64,000 bases of DNA, taken from IMG/VR virus record IMGVR_UViG_3300029489_000102; one strand, written 5' to 3'. The DNA comes from a virus. Positions 18,545 to 26,537 of the stretch are shown here, one piece after another. Made by a program: the position numbers and the translations under genes. Under the pieces are notes generated by a model. The model worked only from the letters and a program-made list of their open reading frames with translations, was not told the DNA's origin and ran no database searches. The first letter of the stretch is position 1; each line of letters starts with the position of its first letter.

Positions 18545-19480
18545 ATGAACGATAAGACCAGAGAGCAGATCGAAGCCATGAAGATGCAGACCATCGGGGT
18601 CGAGGTTGAGATGAACAACATCACCCGCGAGAAAGCCGCCAGAAAGGTTGCCGAGTTCTTCGGGACGACCGCATGGTACGCAGCCAGCGAGTACGGGTAC
18701 ATGAGCTGGGCTTGCAAGGACCAGCAGGGCAGGGTTTGGAAATTCCAGCGAGACATCAGCATCCACGGACCGGAAGCTGAAAAGTGCGAGATGGTGACCC
18801 CCATCCTTACCTACGAGGACATCGAGACCTTGCAGGCAATCATCCGACTGCTCCGCAAGGCTGGCGCAAAGTCCAGCCCCAGTCGGGGATGCGGCGTTCA
18901 CATCCACATCGGCAAGGGCAACCACACCCCCAAGACCCTGCGGAATCTGGTCAACATCATGGCTGCCCACGAAGAACAGATCGGCAGAGCGATTCGCATC
19001 GATGCAGGCAGAACCGGACAGTATTGCCGAGTGGTCGACCCCCGATTCCTTGACCAGCTGAACAAGAGAAAGCCGACGACCATGACTGAGCTTGCCGACA
19101 TCTGGTACGCCAGCAACCACGCAAACTACGGCAGAACGGCACATTACAATGAAAGCCGATACCATATGCTGAACCTCCACGCCACCTTCACCAAGGGCAC
19201 GATTGAATTCCGGCTTTTCCAGTTTGCCGACCCCAGCGACGGCAAGCAGAACGGACTTCACGCCGGTGAGCTGAAAGCCTACATCCAGCTTTGCCTCGCA
19301 ATGAGCCAGCTTGCCAAGATGGTGAAGACCGCAAGCCCCAAGCCCCAGCAGACCGACAACGAGAAATATGCAATGCGGTGCTGGATGCTTCGGCTGGGCT
19401 TCATCGGGGACGAGTTCAAAACAGCACGGGAGATCCTTCTGCGGAATATGGAGGGCAACGCAAGCTGGCGCAACGCATAA
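18545..19480 (+). CDS. putative amidoligase (Amidoligase_2 / GS-like carboxylate-amine ligase family)
   Basis: IGVEVEM N-terminal strand and GCGVHIHIG motif are reminiscent of the phage amidoligase family. Genomic association with GGCT-like genes. Assignment from recalled family features, not a search. Confidence 0.55.
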   Translation: MNDKTREQIEAMKMQTIGVEVEMNNITREKAARKVAEFFGTTAWYAASEYGYMSWACKDQQGRVWKFQRDISIHGPEAEKCEMVTPILTYEDIETLQAIIRLLRKAGAKSSPSRGCGVHIHIGKGNHTPKTLRNLVNIMAAHEEQIGRAIRIDAGRTGQYCRVVDPRFLDQLNKRKPTTMTELADIWYASNHANYGRTAHYNESRYHMLNLHATFTKGTIEFRLFQFADPSDGKQNGLHAGELKAYIQLCLAMSQLAKMVKTASPKPQQTDNEKYAMRCWMLRLGFIGDEFKTAREILLRNMEGNASWRNA

Positions 19481-19504
19481 GCGCCGACTTGCACGGGCAC
19501 CTAT

Positions 19505-19526
19505 CGGGCGGGCAACCGCCCTTTAG
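19505..19526 (+). terminator. hairpin GGGCGGGCAACCGCCC + TTTA
   Basis: GC stem directly after the amidoligase-like gene. Confidence 0.45.
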
Positions 19527-19550
19527 GCGGTAGAAGGAGGGCGATACGCC

Positions 19551-19781
19551 ATGAAAAATGAAACCAGAGAAACCGCACCCGGCAGAACGTTCCGGGTGGT
19601 CATCACCGAGACCCTCAAACGGGTGGTCGAGGTCAACGAATCCGAGATCAAGGAACCCACGATGGATGAGGCCGTCCAGGCGGTCAGCGACTGGTGGCAC
19701 AACGGACAGATCATTTTGGAAGCCGAGGACTTTGACGGCGTGGACTTTTCCGCAGCGGAAGGCGGTGAGGTCGGTGATTGA
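19551..19781 (+). CDS. small acidic hypothetical protein
   Basis: 76-aa ORF with GGAGG RBS. Confidence 0.4.
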   Translation: MKNETRETAPGRTFRVVITETLKRVVEVNESEIKEPTMDEAVQAVSDWWHNGQIILEAEDFDGVDFSAAEGGEVGD

Positions 19782-20310
19782 TCGCTTCCGGTTCGACAAG
19801 GGCGGGATCAGCAGAAAGCCGTCCCGGTACTATCTTGCATACGGCAGCAACCTTGACATGGAACGGATGGAACACAGATGCCCCTATGCGGTGCCGGTCG
19901 GTGTTACCGAGATCTACGGATACCGACTCCTGTTCAAGAAAAGTAAGACCGGGTGCTACGCCACCATCGAGCAGGACGCCAATGAAAGCGTTCCAGCTGT
20001 GGTCTGGTTGCTTTCCGAGTTTGATGAACTGCTGCTGGACCGGTACGAAGGCTGCCCTCGGTACTATTACAAGAAGCAGTTCCAGCTTCCCGTCTGGAAT
20101 CTGGATGGGCATCGGATGAAGAAGTTGAAAACCTGCATGGCATACATCCTGCACGAAGAACGGCAGCTCGGCTGCCCCAGCCATGAGTACTTCGACCTGC
20201 TGGCAGACGGGTATACGGGGTGGGGATTCCCGACAGATACATTGCACAGCGGGCTGTCTTCCAGCATCGGAAAGGCGGCAGCGGTGGAGTTCCTCAAAGA
20301 AATCGACTGA
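19765..20310 (+). CDS. gamma-glutamyl cyclotransferase-like (GGCT/AIG2 family) protein 1
   Basis: YYLAYGSNLDMERMEHRCP motif. GTG start overlapping the upstream small ORF; the first ~70 codons of ORF 19558 are an alternate-frame artefact. Confidence 0.65.
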   Translation: MRSVIDRFRFDKGGISRKPSRYYLAYGSNLDMERMEHRCPYAVPVGVTEIYGYRLLFKKSKTGCYATIEQDANESVPAVVWLLSEFDELLLDRYEGCPRYYYKKQFQLPVWNLDGHRMKKLKTCMAYILHEERQLGCPSHEYFDLLADGYTGWGFPTDTLHSGLSSSIGKAAAVEFLKEID

Positions 20311-20350
20311 GTACAATTTTGACGATTCTGTGAGGAAATCATTGTGCAGG

Positions 20351-20442
20351 ATATGATGCACATTGGCCTTGCTATTCGGGCAAAACAGAGGCATATATAG
20401 CATACCGCCAGACAACAGCGGAAACGAAAGGAGCAAGCAACT
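20351..20442 (+). promoter_or_regulatory. conserved promoter/leader element, copy i (degenerate; -35 TTGCTA 20369-20374; -10 ATATAT about 20393-20399)
   Basis: GGCCTTGCTATT ... GCATATATAGCATACCGCC matches the family consensus. Confidence 0.5.
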
Positions 20443-20925
20443 ATGAACGAAAAGAAGTATTACATCGCATACGGCAGCAACCTATCGGTGGAGCAGATGG
20501 CACAGCGGTGCCCGGATGCCCGCATTGTGGGTCAGGCTGTTCTGGAAGACTGGGAGCTGGCCTTCCACGGCTGTGCGACCATCCTGCCGAACAAGGGAAA
20601 GAACACGCCGGTTCTGGTGTGGGAGATCTCCGCTGGCGATGAGAAGAACCTCGACATCTACGAAGGTTATCCGAACTTCTATCGCAAGGAAAACATGACG
20701 GTCGAGGTGGTGAGCAAAGATGCAGAGCCCATGACCGTCACCGCAATGGTCTACATCATGGAAGACACCTACGGCGAGCGGATGCCGAGCCGGTACTACT
20801 ATCGGGTCCTTCACGATGGCTATAAGGCATTTCATTTCCCGATGCACATTCTGGAAGGTGCACTGAAGAAGTGTACCAGCAACAAGAAACTCGCGGAGAA
20901 TATGATCAAGGAGGTGCAGGGATGA
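20443..20925 (+). CDS. gamma-glutamyl cyclotransferase-like (GGCT/AIG2 family) protein 2
   Basis: YYIAYGSNLSVEQMAQRCP, LEDWELAF, VLVWEI, LDIYEGYP motifs. Confidence 0.75.
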   Translation: MNEKKYYIAYGSNLSVEQMAQRCPDARIVGQAVLEDWELAFHGCATILPNKGKNTPVLVWEISAGDEKNLDIYEGYPNFYRKENMTVEVVSKDAEPMTVTAMVYIMEDTYGERMPSRYYYRVLHDGYKAFHFPMHILEGALKKCTSNKKLAENMIKEVQG

Positions 20926-21380
20926 GATTTCCGGATAGAAAGACCGTGGAATACCTGCGGACACAGTTTCCGGTCGGCTGCCGTGTGGTGCTGGACCGAA
21001 TGGACGATGCTCAGGCACCGGCCTTGGGTACGCAGGGGACCTGCCGGGGCGTGGACGATGCAGGCAACGTGATGGTTTCGTGGGATACGGGCGGCAGCCT
21101 GAACGTTGCCTACGGCGCGGACAGTTGCCACCGTGTGGCGTCCGAGGTCGAGGTAAAGAAATCGCTCGACCACCTCGGTAAGACGCGACACGCGGGCCCA
21201 CGTTGCCCACGGTGCGGCGCTGAGCCGGACTGTTACGACCACCAGCAGCAAGCCCTCAGCCGCTACGCAGAGATCATGGTGTGCAACGCCTGCGGAACGA
21301 TAGAGGCGATGGAAGACTTTCTTGGGCAAGCAACACCGCTGACTGACTGGGCGATCGTGAAAGCGGGGTGGGTCGAATGA
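20922..21380 (+). CDS. DUF4314-like protein with C-terminal zinc ribbon
   Basis: ATGA overlap with the previous gene. CPRCG...CNACG motif. N-terminal domain resembles DUF4314 of Firmicutes mobile elements (from memory). Confidence 0.45.
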   Translation: MRFPDRKTVEYLRTQFPVGCRVVLDRMDDAQAPALGTQGTCRGVDDAGNVMVSWDTGGSLNVAYGADSCHRVASEVEVKKSLDHLGKTRHAGPRCPRCGAEPDCYDHQQQALSRYAEIMVCNACGTIEAMEDFLGQATPLTDWAIVKAGWVE

Positions 21381-21748
21381 AGGTGCTTTTGATCGAGCCG
21401 ATGGAACATCCGAAGGAGATCGATATCCAGCCCACGCTGGAAGAGTACTATAAGGTGCTGGACTGCGACTGCATCACGGCAACCTACCCGTGGCCGGAAC
21501 CGGTCGCTCTGGTCACGGACGACAACGGACTGTTTACGGACAAACTGTTCAGCCGGTATATCCGGGAACTGAAACAGCCGATCCGAGGCGGCTTCTTCCT
21601 CTGTGGGTTGGGCGAGGAAGACTTCACAGACTTGCCGCCGGAACTCATGGACAAGTTCAGGAAACGGTTCTGGAATCCGGAACTCTTCGTTCGCACCGCA
21701 TCGGGACTCGCGGCCATCCAAACCAGCGACGGCACACAGCCCGAATAA
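21377..21748 (+). CDS. DUF3846 domain protein
   Basis: MKVLLIEPMEHPKEIDI...LEEYYKVLDCDCITATYPWPEPVALVTDDNGLF matches the DUF3846 pattern (MKvl.iEP.k.P...I...LE.....VGG.I....P..D.vaLicNEEGKL). ATGA overlap. Confidence 0.6.
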   Translation: MKVLLIEPMEHPKEIDIQPTLEEYYKVLDCDCITATYPWPEPVALVTDDNGLFTDKLFSRYIRELKQPIRGGFFLCGLGEEDFTDLPPELMDKFRKRFWNPELFVRTASGLAAIQTSDGTQPE

Positions 21749-21756
21749 AGAAAACG

Positions 21757-21790
21757 GCCCCTTCTGCCTAGGCAGGAGGGGTTGGCTTGT
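21757..21790. terminator. 11-bp stem hairpin CCCCTTCTGCC-TA-GGCAGGAGGGG
   Basis: Strong GC hairpin after DUF3846. May terminate both convergent transcripts. Confidence 0.5.
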
Positions 21791-21945
21791 GGCTGGTGGG
21801 GGCTTCGGATCATCGAGAACCCTTTCCCAGTTTACTGTATATTAGCTCTGGTTTGCAAGAATAGCAAGCCGGGAAAGAGCAGGATCTTCCACGATCTTTA
21901 GGCGGCAGAACTGTGTATATGGTCAACGGAAAACGGGGACAACGA

Positions 21946-21974
21946 GGAACAGCCCCAGCCTTGCTGGGGGTTCC
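21946..21974 (-). terminator. hairpin GGAACAGCCCCAGC/GCTGGGGGTTCC downstream (minus strand) of the 21988-22236 gene
   Basis: Inverted repeat read in the sequence. Confidence 0.45.
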
Positions 21975-21987
21975 TTGGCGGATTCCC

Positions 21988-22236
21988 TTAAAGGAAATCC
22001 CGCATGCTCATGCCGACTTCGTAGAGTTGCTGCTCAAGGCTCATGTAATGCCATTCTTCTTCTTCGTCCTCTTCCTCCTCCAGTTCTTCGGGGAAAGGGT
22101 CGTGTTTCCAACCGCCCTTGCGGTATTCTTCTTCCCGGATGTCGTTGCGGTCGAAAATGTCCAGCTCGTATTCTTCTTCAAGCTCTGCAATGCGGTCCTC
22201 GATGATGCTTTCGATCTCGCTGATGGTCTTTTTCAT
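21988..22236 (-). CDS. small highly acidic protein (minus strand), hypothetical
   Basis: MKKTISEIESIIEDRIAELEEEYELD...EELEEEEDEEEEWHYMSLEQQLYE. The only convincing minus-strand gene inside the cassette region. RBS GGAGG. Confidence 0.45.
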   Translation of the reverse strand: MKKTISEIESIIEDRIAELEEEYELDIFDRNDIREEEYRKGGWKHDPFPEELEEEEDEEEEWHYMSLEQQLYEVGMSMRDFL

Positions 22237-22350
22237 GGTGGTTGCCTCCGTTTTCCGTGTGTGTTTTCCTTTCGGTGTCTGTATATTCGCTCTAAAATAC
22301 ATATTTATCAAGGCCATTTATCGATATAGATCCACCAAAGATATGGGCAG

Positions 22351-22442
22351 ATGATCGTCGATAATATGACGTTTTATGGCCTTGCTATTATGCCGAAACG
22401 ACGGTAATATGCACATACCGAAACGGAAAGGAAGGAAAAAAC
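22351..22442 (+). promoter_or_regulatory. conserved promoter/leader element, copy b (ATGATCGTCGA 22351; -35 TTGCTA 22383-22388; -10 TAATAT 22405-22410)
   Basis: Family consensus. Confidence 0.6.
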
Positions 22443-22649
22443 ATGGAACGCTACACCTACGAAATCACCTTCACCCGGCTGGACGGCCAGCCCGACGAGA
22501 CTCAGCAGTACACCGACGAGGGGTTTGCCAGAGAATGCTTCCGACTTTTCGATGAGCCGGACAGCGCCGAGCTGTACAGCCGCATCCGCCTGACCCGCCA
22601 CGACTGGGAGACCGGCACGGACGAGGTTCTGGAGACCTTAGAATTCTGA
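22443..22649 (+). CDS. small hypothetical protein (68 aa)
   Basis: ORF following the conserved leader and RBS. Confidence 0.45.
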   Translation: MERYTYEITFTRLDGQPDETQQYTDEGFARECFRLFDEPDSAELYSRIRLTRHDWETGTDEVLETLEF

Positions 22650-22664
22650 AAGGGGAGAACGAAC

Positions 22665-23219
22665 ATGAAAATGGAACTGGACAAGAAGCTGGACACAATC
22701 CGGCTCAATGTATTGGCCGCCAATTTTGGCGACCTTGCCACTCGCCGTCAGATGATTCAGGAGTTCGGGGATTACCCGGATGCCCTGTGGGGTGTCAATG
22801 AAAATGGGGAGAAGGTGATGCTCAGCATCCAGAAAAACGGCATCACGGAGCGTGTGTTCCAGTCGAACCGGTGGGTTCGGGTCAACGAATACGACGCCGA
22901 CGGCTGTGAGGCCGGCGAGACCTACGAAGGGCGCTGGGCAGAGTGCCCGAAACCCACGGCGACGGATACGGATGAGGAACTGGAGCTTTCGGATGCCCAG
23001 AGTGCCCGCAACGATGAAATCTACAACGCTGCGTATGAATTCTGCAAGGTCATGGCGGAGGATGACCGCCTCGAGTGGAACATGGAGATTCTCGGAGAAC
23101 TGGCAGACCTTGCCGCCGAGCTCCTGACCCGGCACGGCAGCCGTGTGCGCTACCCTGCGGTGGTCACCGAACCGGACGGAAGGCAGTATATCGAGGAATA
23201 CCACGGCGGCATAAAGTGA
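22665..23219 (+). CDS. hypothetical protein (184 aa)
   Basis: ORF with GGGGAG RBS. Confidence 0.5.
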   Translation: MKMELDKKLDTIRLNVLAANFGDLATRRQMIQEFGDYPDALWGVNENGEKVMLSIQKNGITERVFQSNRWVRVNEYDADGCEAGETYEGRWAECPKPTATDTDEELELSDAQSARNDEIYNAAYEFCKVMAEDDRLEWNMEILGELADLAAELLTRHGSRVRYPAVVTEPDGRQYIEEYHGGIK

Positions 23220-23244
23220 CACATTTTCCGGAGTGAAGAGCCAG

Positions 23245-23325
23245 ATGATCGTGTACATTAGCCGCTTGCTATCAGCCCTGAGTGACGGTAATATACAGTC
23301 ACAAAAACGAAGGGAGATAAACACC
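23245..23325 (+). promoter_or_regulatory. conserved promoter/leader element, copy c (ATGATCGTGTACA 23245; -35 TTGCTA 23266-23271; -10 TAATAT 23289-23294)
   Basis: Family consensus with leader ACAGTCACAAAAACGAAGGGAGA. Confidence 0.65.
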
Positions 23326-23586
23326 ATGACCTATACGAACATCCGACTTTTCACTGCCAACGGCATTCCGGAGGCAGTCAGCAACCTTTGGTACGGTACC
23401 GACTGCTCGGTGGTCGAGATCCAAGACGCCATTGAAGATGCCAAGAACGCAGCAGACCTTCTGCGGCGCATCCAGAAGATGAAACTTCTGAGGAAGGTAG
23501 CCCTCGACCGGGAAACCGAACAGAAGGTGCGGTTCAAGACCACCGATTGCTGGGGCAATATAAGCTACCTCGAAATCCGCAAATAA
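23326..23586 (+). CDS. small hypothetical protein (86 aa)
   Basis: ATG after GGGAGA RBS of the conserved leader. Confidence 0.5.
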   Translation: MTYTNIRLFTANGIPEAVSNLWYGTDCSVVEIQDAIEDAKNAADLLRRIQKMKLLRKVALDRETEQKVRFKTTDCWGNISYLEIRK

Positions 23587-23680
23587 ACCGGATGGATAGG
23601 GGCAAGGGGCTGGGAAACCGGCCCTTTGCTCGTGTCCATCCAATGTCATACCGCCCGAATGTACACAAATCTAGGGGCGA

Positions 23681-23790
23681 ATGATCGTGTATCATAGCCG
23701 CTTGATAGTGTGCGAAAGTGACGGTAATATGTGCATACCGAAAGGGAAAACCCCACGGAAAACACAAAAAACACGCTGGAGGATACAAAA
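23681..23790 (+). promoter_or_regulatory. conserved promoter/leader element, copy d (ATGATCGTGTA 23681; -35 TTGATA 23702-23707; -10 TAATAT 23725-23730; extended leader CCCCACGGAAAACA...GGAGGA)
   Basis: Family consensus. Shares the leader insert with copies f and g. Confidence 0.65.
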
Positions 23791-24240
23791 ATGACGAAGA
23801 ATGAAAACCGCATCAATAAGCTTTTCGAGGAACTGGTTCCCACGAGCGGCAAGGCGGATAGCCTCGCCGGAGAACTGGTCAGAGCCACCGCACGGATCGG
23901 GTACCGATTCTTCAACGACGGCGACATGGTCAACCAGGGCTACGGCAAAGAAACCTGCAACCCCGCGGCCCGGTTCCTGATCGCCAAGGGCAACGCAGAG
24001 ATCAGCAGCCTGACCGTAGCCCTTTGGGAGATCTTCAGCGAGGATGCCTACGAAAAGGTTCTGGATACCCTTGAGGGTGCGGTTGCCGACTACATCAAGA
24101 AGAACCCCGACCTTCGCAGCCAGCCCACCAAGGATATGTGGGATTACCGCGATATGGCGGAAGACTGGGACGACAGCTGCGATGAGGAAGAGGACTACGA
24201 CGACTGCGAAGATGACTACGATGAGGAAGAAGACTACTGA
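23791..24240 (+). CDS. hypothetical protein with poly-acidic C-terminal tail (DSCDEEEDYDDCEDDYDEEEDY)
   Basis: 149-aa ORF with GGAGGA RBS. Confidence 0.5.
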   Translation: MTKNENRINKLFEELVPTSGKADSLAGELVRATARIGYRFFNDGDMVNQGYGKETCNPAARFLIAKGNAEISSLTVALWEIFSEDAYEKVLDTLEGAVADYIKKNPDLRSQPTKDMWDYRDMAEDWDDSCDEEEDYDDCEDDYDEEEDY

Positions 24241-24252
24241 GCAGAAAACGGC

Positions 24253-24284
24253 GGGGGCTTGCCTGAAAGGGCAGCCCCTTTTCC
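24253..24284 (+). terminator. hairpin GGGGCTTGCC-TGAAA-GGGCAGCCCC + TTTTCC
   Basis: GC stem plus T-run after the acidic-tail gene. Confidence 0.5.
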
Positions 24285-24323
24285 TGTGCCTGGACTCTCA
24301 AATATACACCGATCCTGGCGTGA

Positions 24324-24406
24324 ATGATCGTGTAATCTGCGGCCTTGCTATCTGCGGGACGTGACGGTAATATACAGTCACAAAAACGAAAGCGAGGTAC
24401 ATAGAC
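24324..24406 (+). promoter_or_regulatory. conserved promoter/leader element, copy e (ATGATCGTGTA 24324; -35 TTGCTA 24345-24350; -10 TAATAT 24368-24373)
   Basis: Family consensus. Confidence 0.65.
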
Positions 24407-24601
24407 ATGAAAAAGCAGACCCTGACCAGGAAGCAGCAGAAAGCCCTGCTGGACATCGCAAAGCGCCTGATGGTGGAGGTGGAAAACCGAGGCGACCTTG
24501 AAGCGCGCGGCTGCGACAGCGAGGATTTCATCGAGGTTCCCGTCTGGGGCATCCAGAAAGCCATGGAGGAAGCCTACCTTCTGGGCAAGGCGGAGAAGTA
24601 A
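24407..24601 (+). CDS. small hypothetical protein (64 aa)
   Basis: ORF after the conserved leader. Confidence 0.45.
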   Translation: MKKQTLTRKQQKALLDIAKRLMVEVENRGDLEARGCDSEDFIEVPVWGIQKAMEEAYLLGKAEK

Positions 24602-24721
24602 GCCCGACACAGCCCCCACAAAGGGGGGCGCAGATGCAAGCCAACAAACTCCCCCAACCAAACCGCACAAGCCCCACACAGGGGCTGTGTGGCGAGGTGG
24701 TGGGGCAACGGAGGAATGAGT

Positions 24722-24940
24722 ATGAACGACGAAAGAGTCATGGACCTTATCGTGGACATCTACAACAATATGAATGACGAGGATAAGGCTGGCTTCACGC
24801 TGGAAGCTGCCAAGGAGATGGTCAAGGACCAGATTGAAATTGATTTTTCCCAAGGTCGTTGGCCGCTGGAATACGACCCCCAGCTCTTTTATGAAGTAAT
24901 CCGGGAATTCATTGAACAGGATGCCGAGGACGGAGAGTGA
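24722..24940 (+). CDS. small acidic hypothetical protein (~72 aa)
   Basis: ATG 7 nt after GGAGGA. Upstream part of ORF 24689 is probably not translated. Preceded by hairpin CCACACAGGGGCTGTGTGG (24674-24692). Confidence 0.4.
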   Translation: MNDERVMDLIVDIYNNMNDEDKAGFTLEAAKEMVKDQIEIDFSQGRWPLEYDPQLFYEVIREFIEQDAEDGE

Positions 24941-24968
24941 TGTACATTCTGCCCGGTATTCCGGGCGG

Positions 24969-25073
24969 ATGATCGTGCAGCATAGCCGCTTGCTATCCTC
25001 CCCACATGACGGTAATATGTGCATACCGAAAGGGGAAGACCCTACGGAATGAAAAAACACGGAGGATTTCACC
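24969..25073 (+). promoter_or_regulatory. conserved promoter/leader element, copy f (ATGATCGTG 24969; -35 TTGCTA 24990-24995; -10 TAATAT 25013-25018; extended leader)
   Basis: Family consensus. Confidence 0.65.
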
Positions 25074-25358
25074 ATGAAGAAGCATCTGAACAACTTCCCG
25101 GAACACAGCATCAGCATCGAGAGCTACTACGACCTGCTCAGTCCCTGCAACGACAGCATCCTGCAGTTTGGCGACCGGGTTCTGGTTGCCAAAACGAACT
25201 GGAAGGGCGGCGTGGAGGCTGCGGTTTACGGATTCGCCGAGGACCCCAAGGAAGGGCTTTCATCGATCGAGTGCCGACTGGAACTGCTGAAGATTTCGGA
25301 TGAGGTCTTCTCGGATGCCGGACACGCCATCGAATGGTGCATCCGGAACGCACACTGA
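25074..25358 (+). CDS. hypothetical protein (94 aa)
   Basis: ORF after the conserved leader with GGAGGA RBS. Confidence 0.5.
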   Translation: MKKHLNNFPEHSISIESYYDLLSPCNDSILQFGDRVLVAKTNWKGGVEAAVYGFAEDPKEGLSSIECRLELLKISDEVFSDAGHAIEWCIRNAH

Positions 25359-25452
25359 GATATGGGCGGGGGCTCCCTGCGGGGGGCTTTTGCTCGTTGC
25401 GGCAGATCTTCCGTGCGCAGGATATACACATATCCGACAAGACTGTGGGCGA

Positions 25453-25561
25453 ATGATCGTGTATCATAGCCGCTTGATATACTTCCCCAGTGACGGTAAT
25501 ATACAGTCACACCGAAGGGGAGAAGCCCCACGGAAAACAAAGCATACGGAGGATACAGACC
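25453..25561 (+). promoter_or_regulatory. conserved promoter/leader element, copy g (ATGATCGTGTA 25453; -35 TTGATA 25474-25479; -10 TAATAT 25497-25502; extended leader)
   Basis: Family consensus. Confidence 0.65.
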
Positions 25562-25939
25562 ATGATGAAGAAAGCCAAAACCTACCTTGCCAGCATTCAG
25601 GCGGCTGCCACCGAGCGAGAGCTGACCGGCATTGAGCTCATGTTCAAGCAGGACATGAGCATCAACTGCGATGACCTTGGCAAACTTTGCCGGGCAGCCG
25701 AGGACAAGCGGTACACCCTGCGGAACAACGCCGAAACCCTGCAGCTCAAGGACATCCTTTTCCAGCGGACGAGAGCCGAGATGGATGCCTACCACGACAT
25801 GAGCCACAAGCCGGAGAGCTGGACGGCCGAGGACATAGAACGCCAGCGCATCCGATTCTGCGCGGTCTGGCAGGTCATCGAGGAGGCAGAGCTGGTCGAT
25901 GAGTACGAGGCTTGGAAAGAAGCCAACCCCAACGCATAA
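25562..25939 (+). CDS. hypothetical protein (126 aa)
   Basis: ORF after the conserved leader with GGAGGA RBS. Confidence 0.5.
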   Translation: MMKKAKTYLASIQAAATERELTGIELMFKQDMSINCDDLGKLCRAAEDKRYTLRNNAETLQLKDILFQRTRAEMDAYHDMSHKPESWTAEDIERQRIRFCAVWQVIEEAELVDEYEAWKEANPNA

Positions 25940-26002
25940 CCAATAAAGGACACACGCCCCGCAGGGGGCTGTGTCTCGTATCCGCCGTGTTTGATATACA
26001 AA

Positions 26003-26030
26003 GGACTTCTTCGGAGGTCCTTTTTCTTTT
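26003..26030 (+). terminator. intrinsic terminator GGACTTC-TTCG-GAGGTCC + TTTTTCTTTT
   Basis: 7-bp stem (one G-U pair) plus T-run. Separates the cassette region from the packaging module. Confidence 0.6.
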
Positions 26031-26060
26031 GCCCATTTTTACAGAAGGGAGGGATAGCCA

Positions 26061-26537
26061 ATGGCTACCAGAGGCAGAAAACCGAAGCCGACCGCCATGA
26101 AGGAACTGGAAGGCAATCCGGGCAAGCATCCGCTGAATACCAGCGAACCGAAGCCCACAAAGAAAGCACCGGCGTGTCCGAAATGGCTGGAGCCGGAAGC
26201 AAAAAAAGAATGGCGGCGTCTTGCCAAGCAGATGGAAGCCATCGGCATCCTGACCGAAGTGGACATGGCTGCCTTCGCCGGCTATTGTCAGGCATACGCA
26301 CGATGGAAAGAAGCAGAAGAATTCATCACCCAGCACGGCACCATCGTCAAAACGCCCTCCGGCTATTGGCAGCAGGTGCCGCAGGTCTCCATTGCACAGA
26401 CCTATCTGAAAATCATGAACCGCTTTGCCGAGCAGTTCGGTCTGACCCCATCCTCCCGAAGTCGGATCATTGCCTCGGATTGCAGCCCTGCGGATGCTGC
26501 TGATGAGATGGAAAACCTGCTGGGAGGTGGCGGATGA
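26061..26537 (+). CDS. terS: terminase small subunit (P27 family)
   Basis: MATRGRKPKPTAMKELEGNPGKHPLN...GILTEVD...FAEQFGLTPSSRSRI: typical P27-family TerS pattern. Confidence 0.85.
   Translation: MATRGRKPKPTAMKELEGNPGKHPLNTSEPKPTKKAPACPKWLEPEAKKEWRRLAKQMEAIGILTEVDMAAFAGYCQAYARWKEAEEFITQHGTIVKTPSGYWQQVPQVSIAQTYLKIMNRFAEQFGLTPSSRSRIIASDCSPADAADEMENLLGGGG

Noticed and set aside
17027-25561. The repeated ~80-bp elements as a CRISPR array or integron attC sites
   Set aside because: Repeat spacing is 400-3300 bp with complete genes between copies. The repeats contain -35/-10 hexamers and are followed by RBS+ATG. There is no short regular spacer structure and no attC-like imperfect palindrome downstream of genes.
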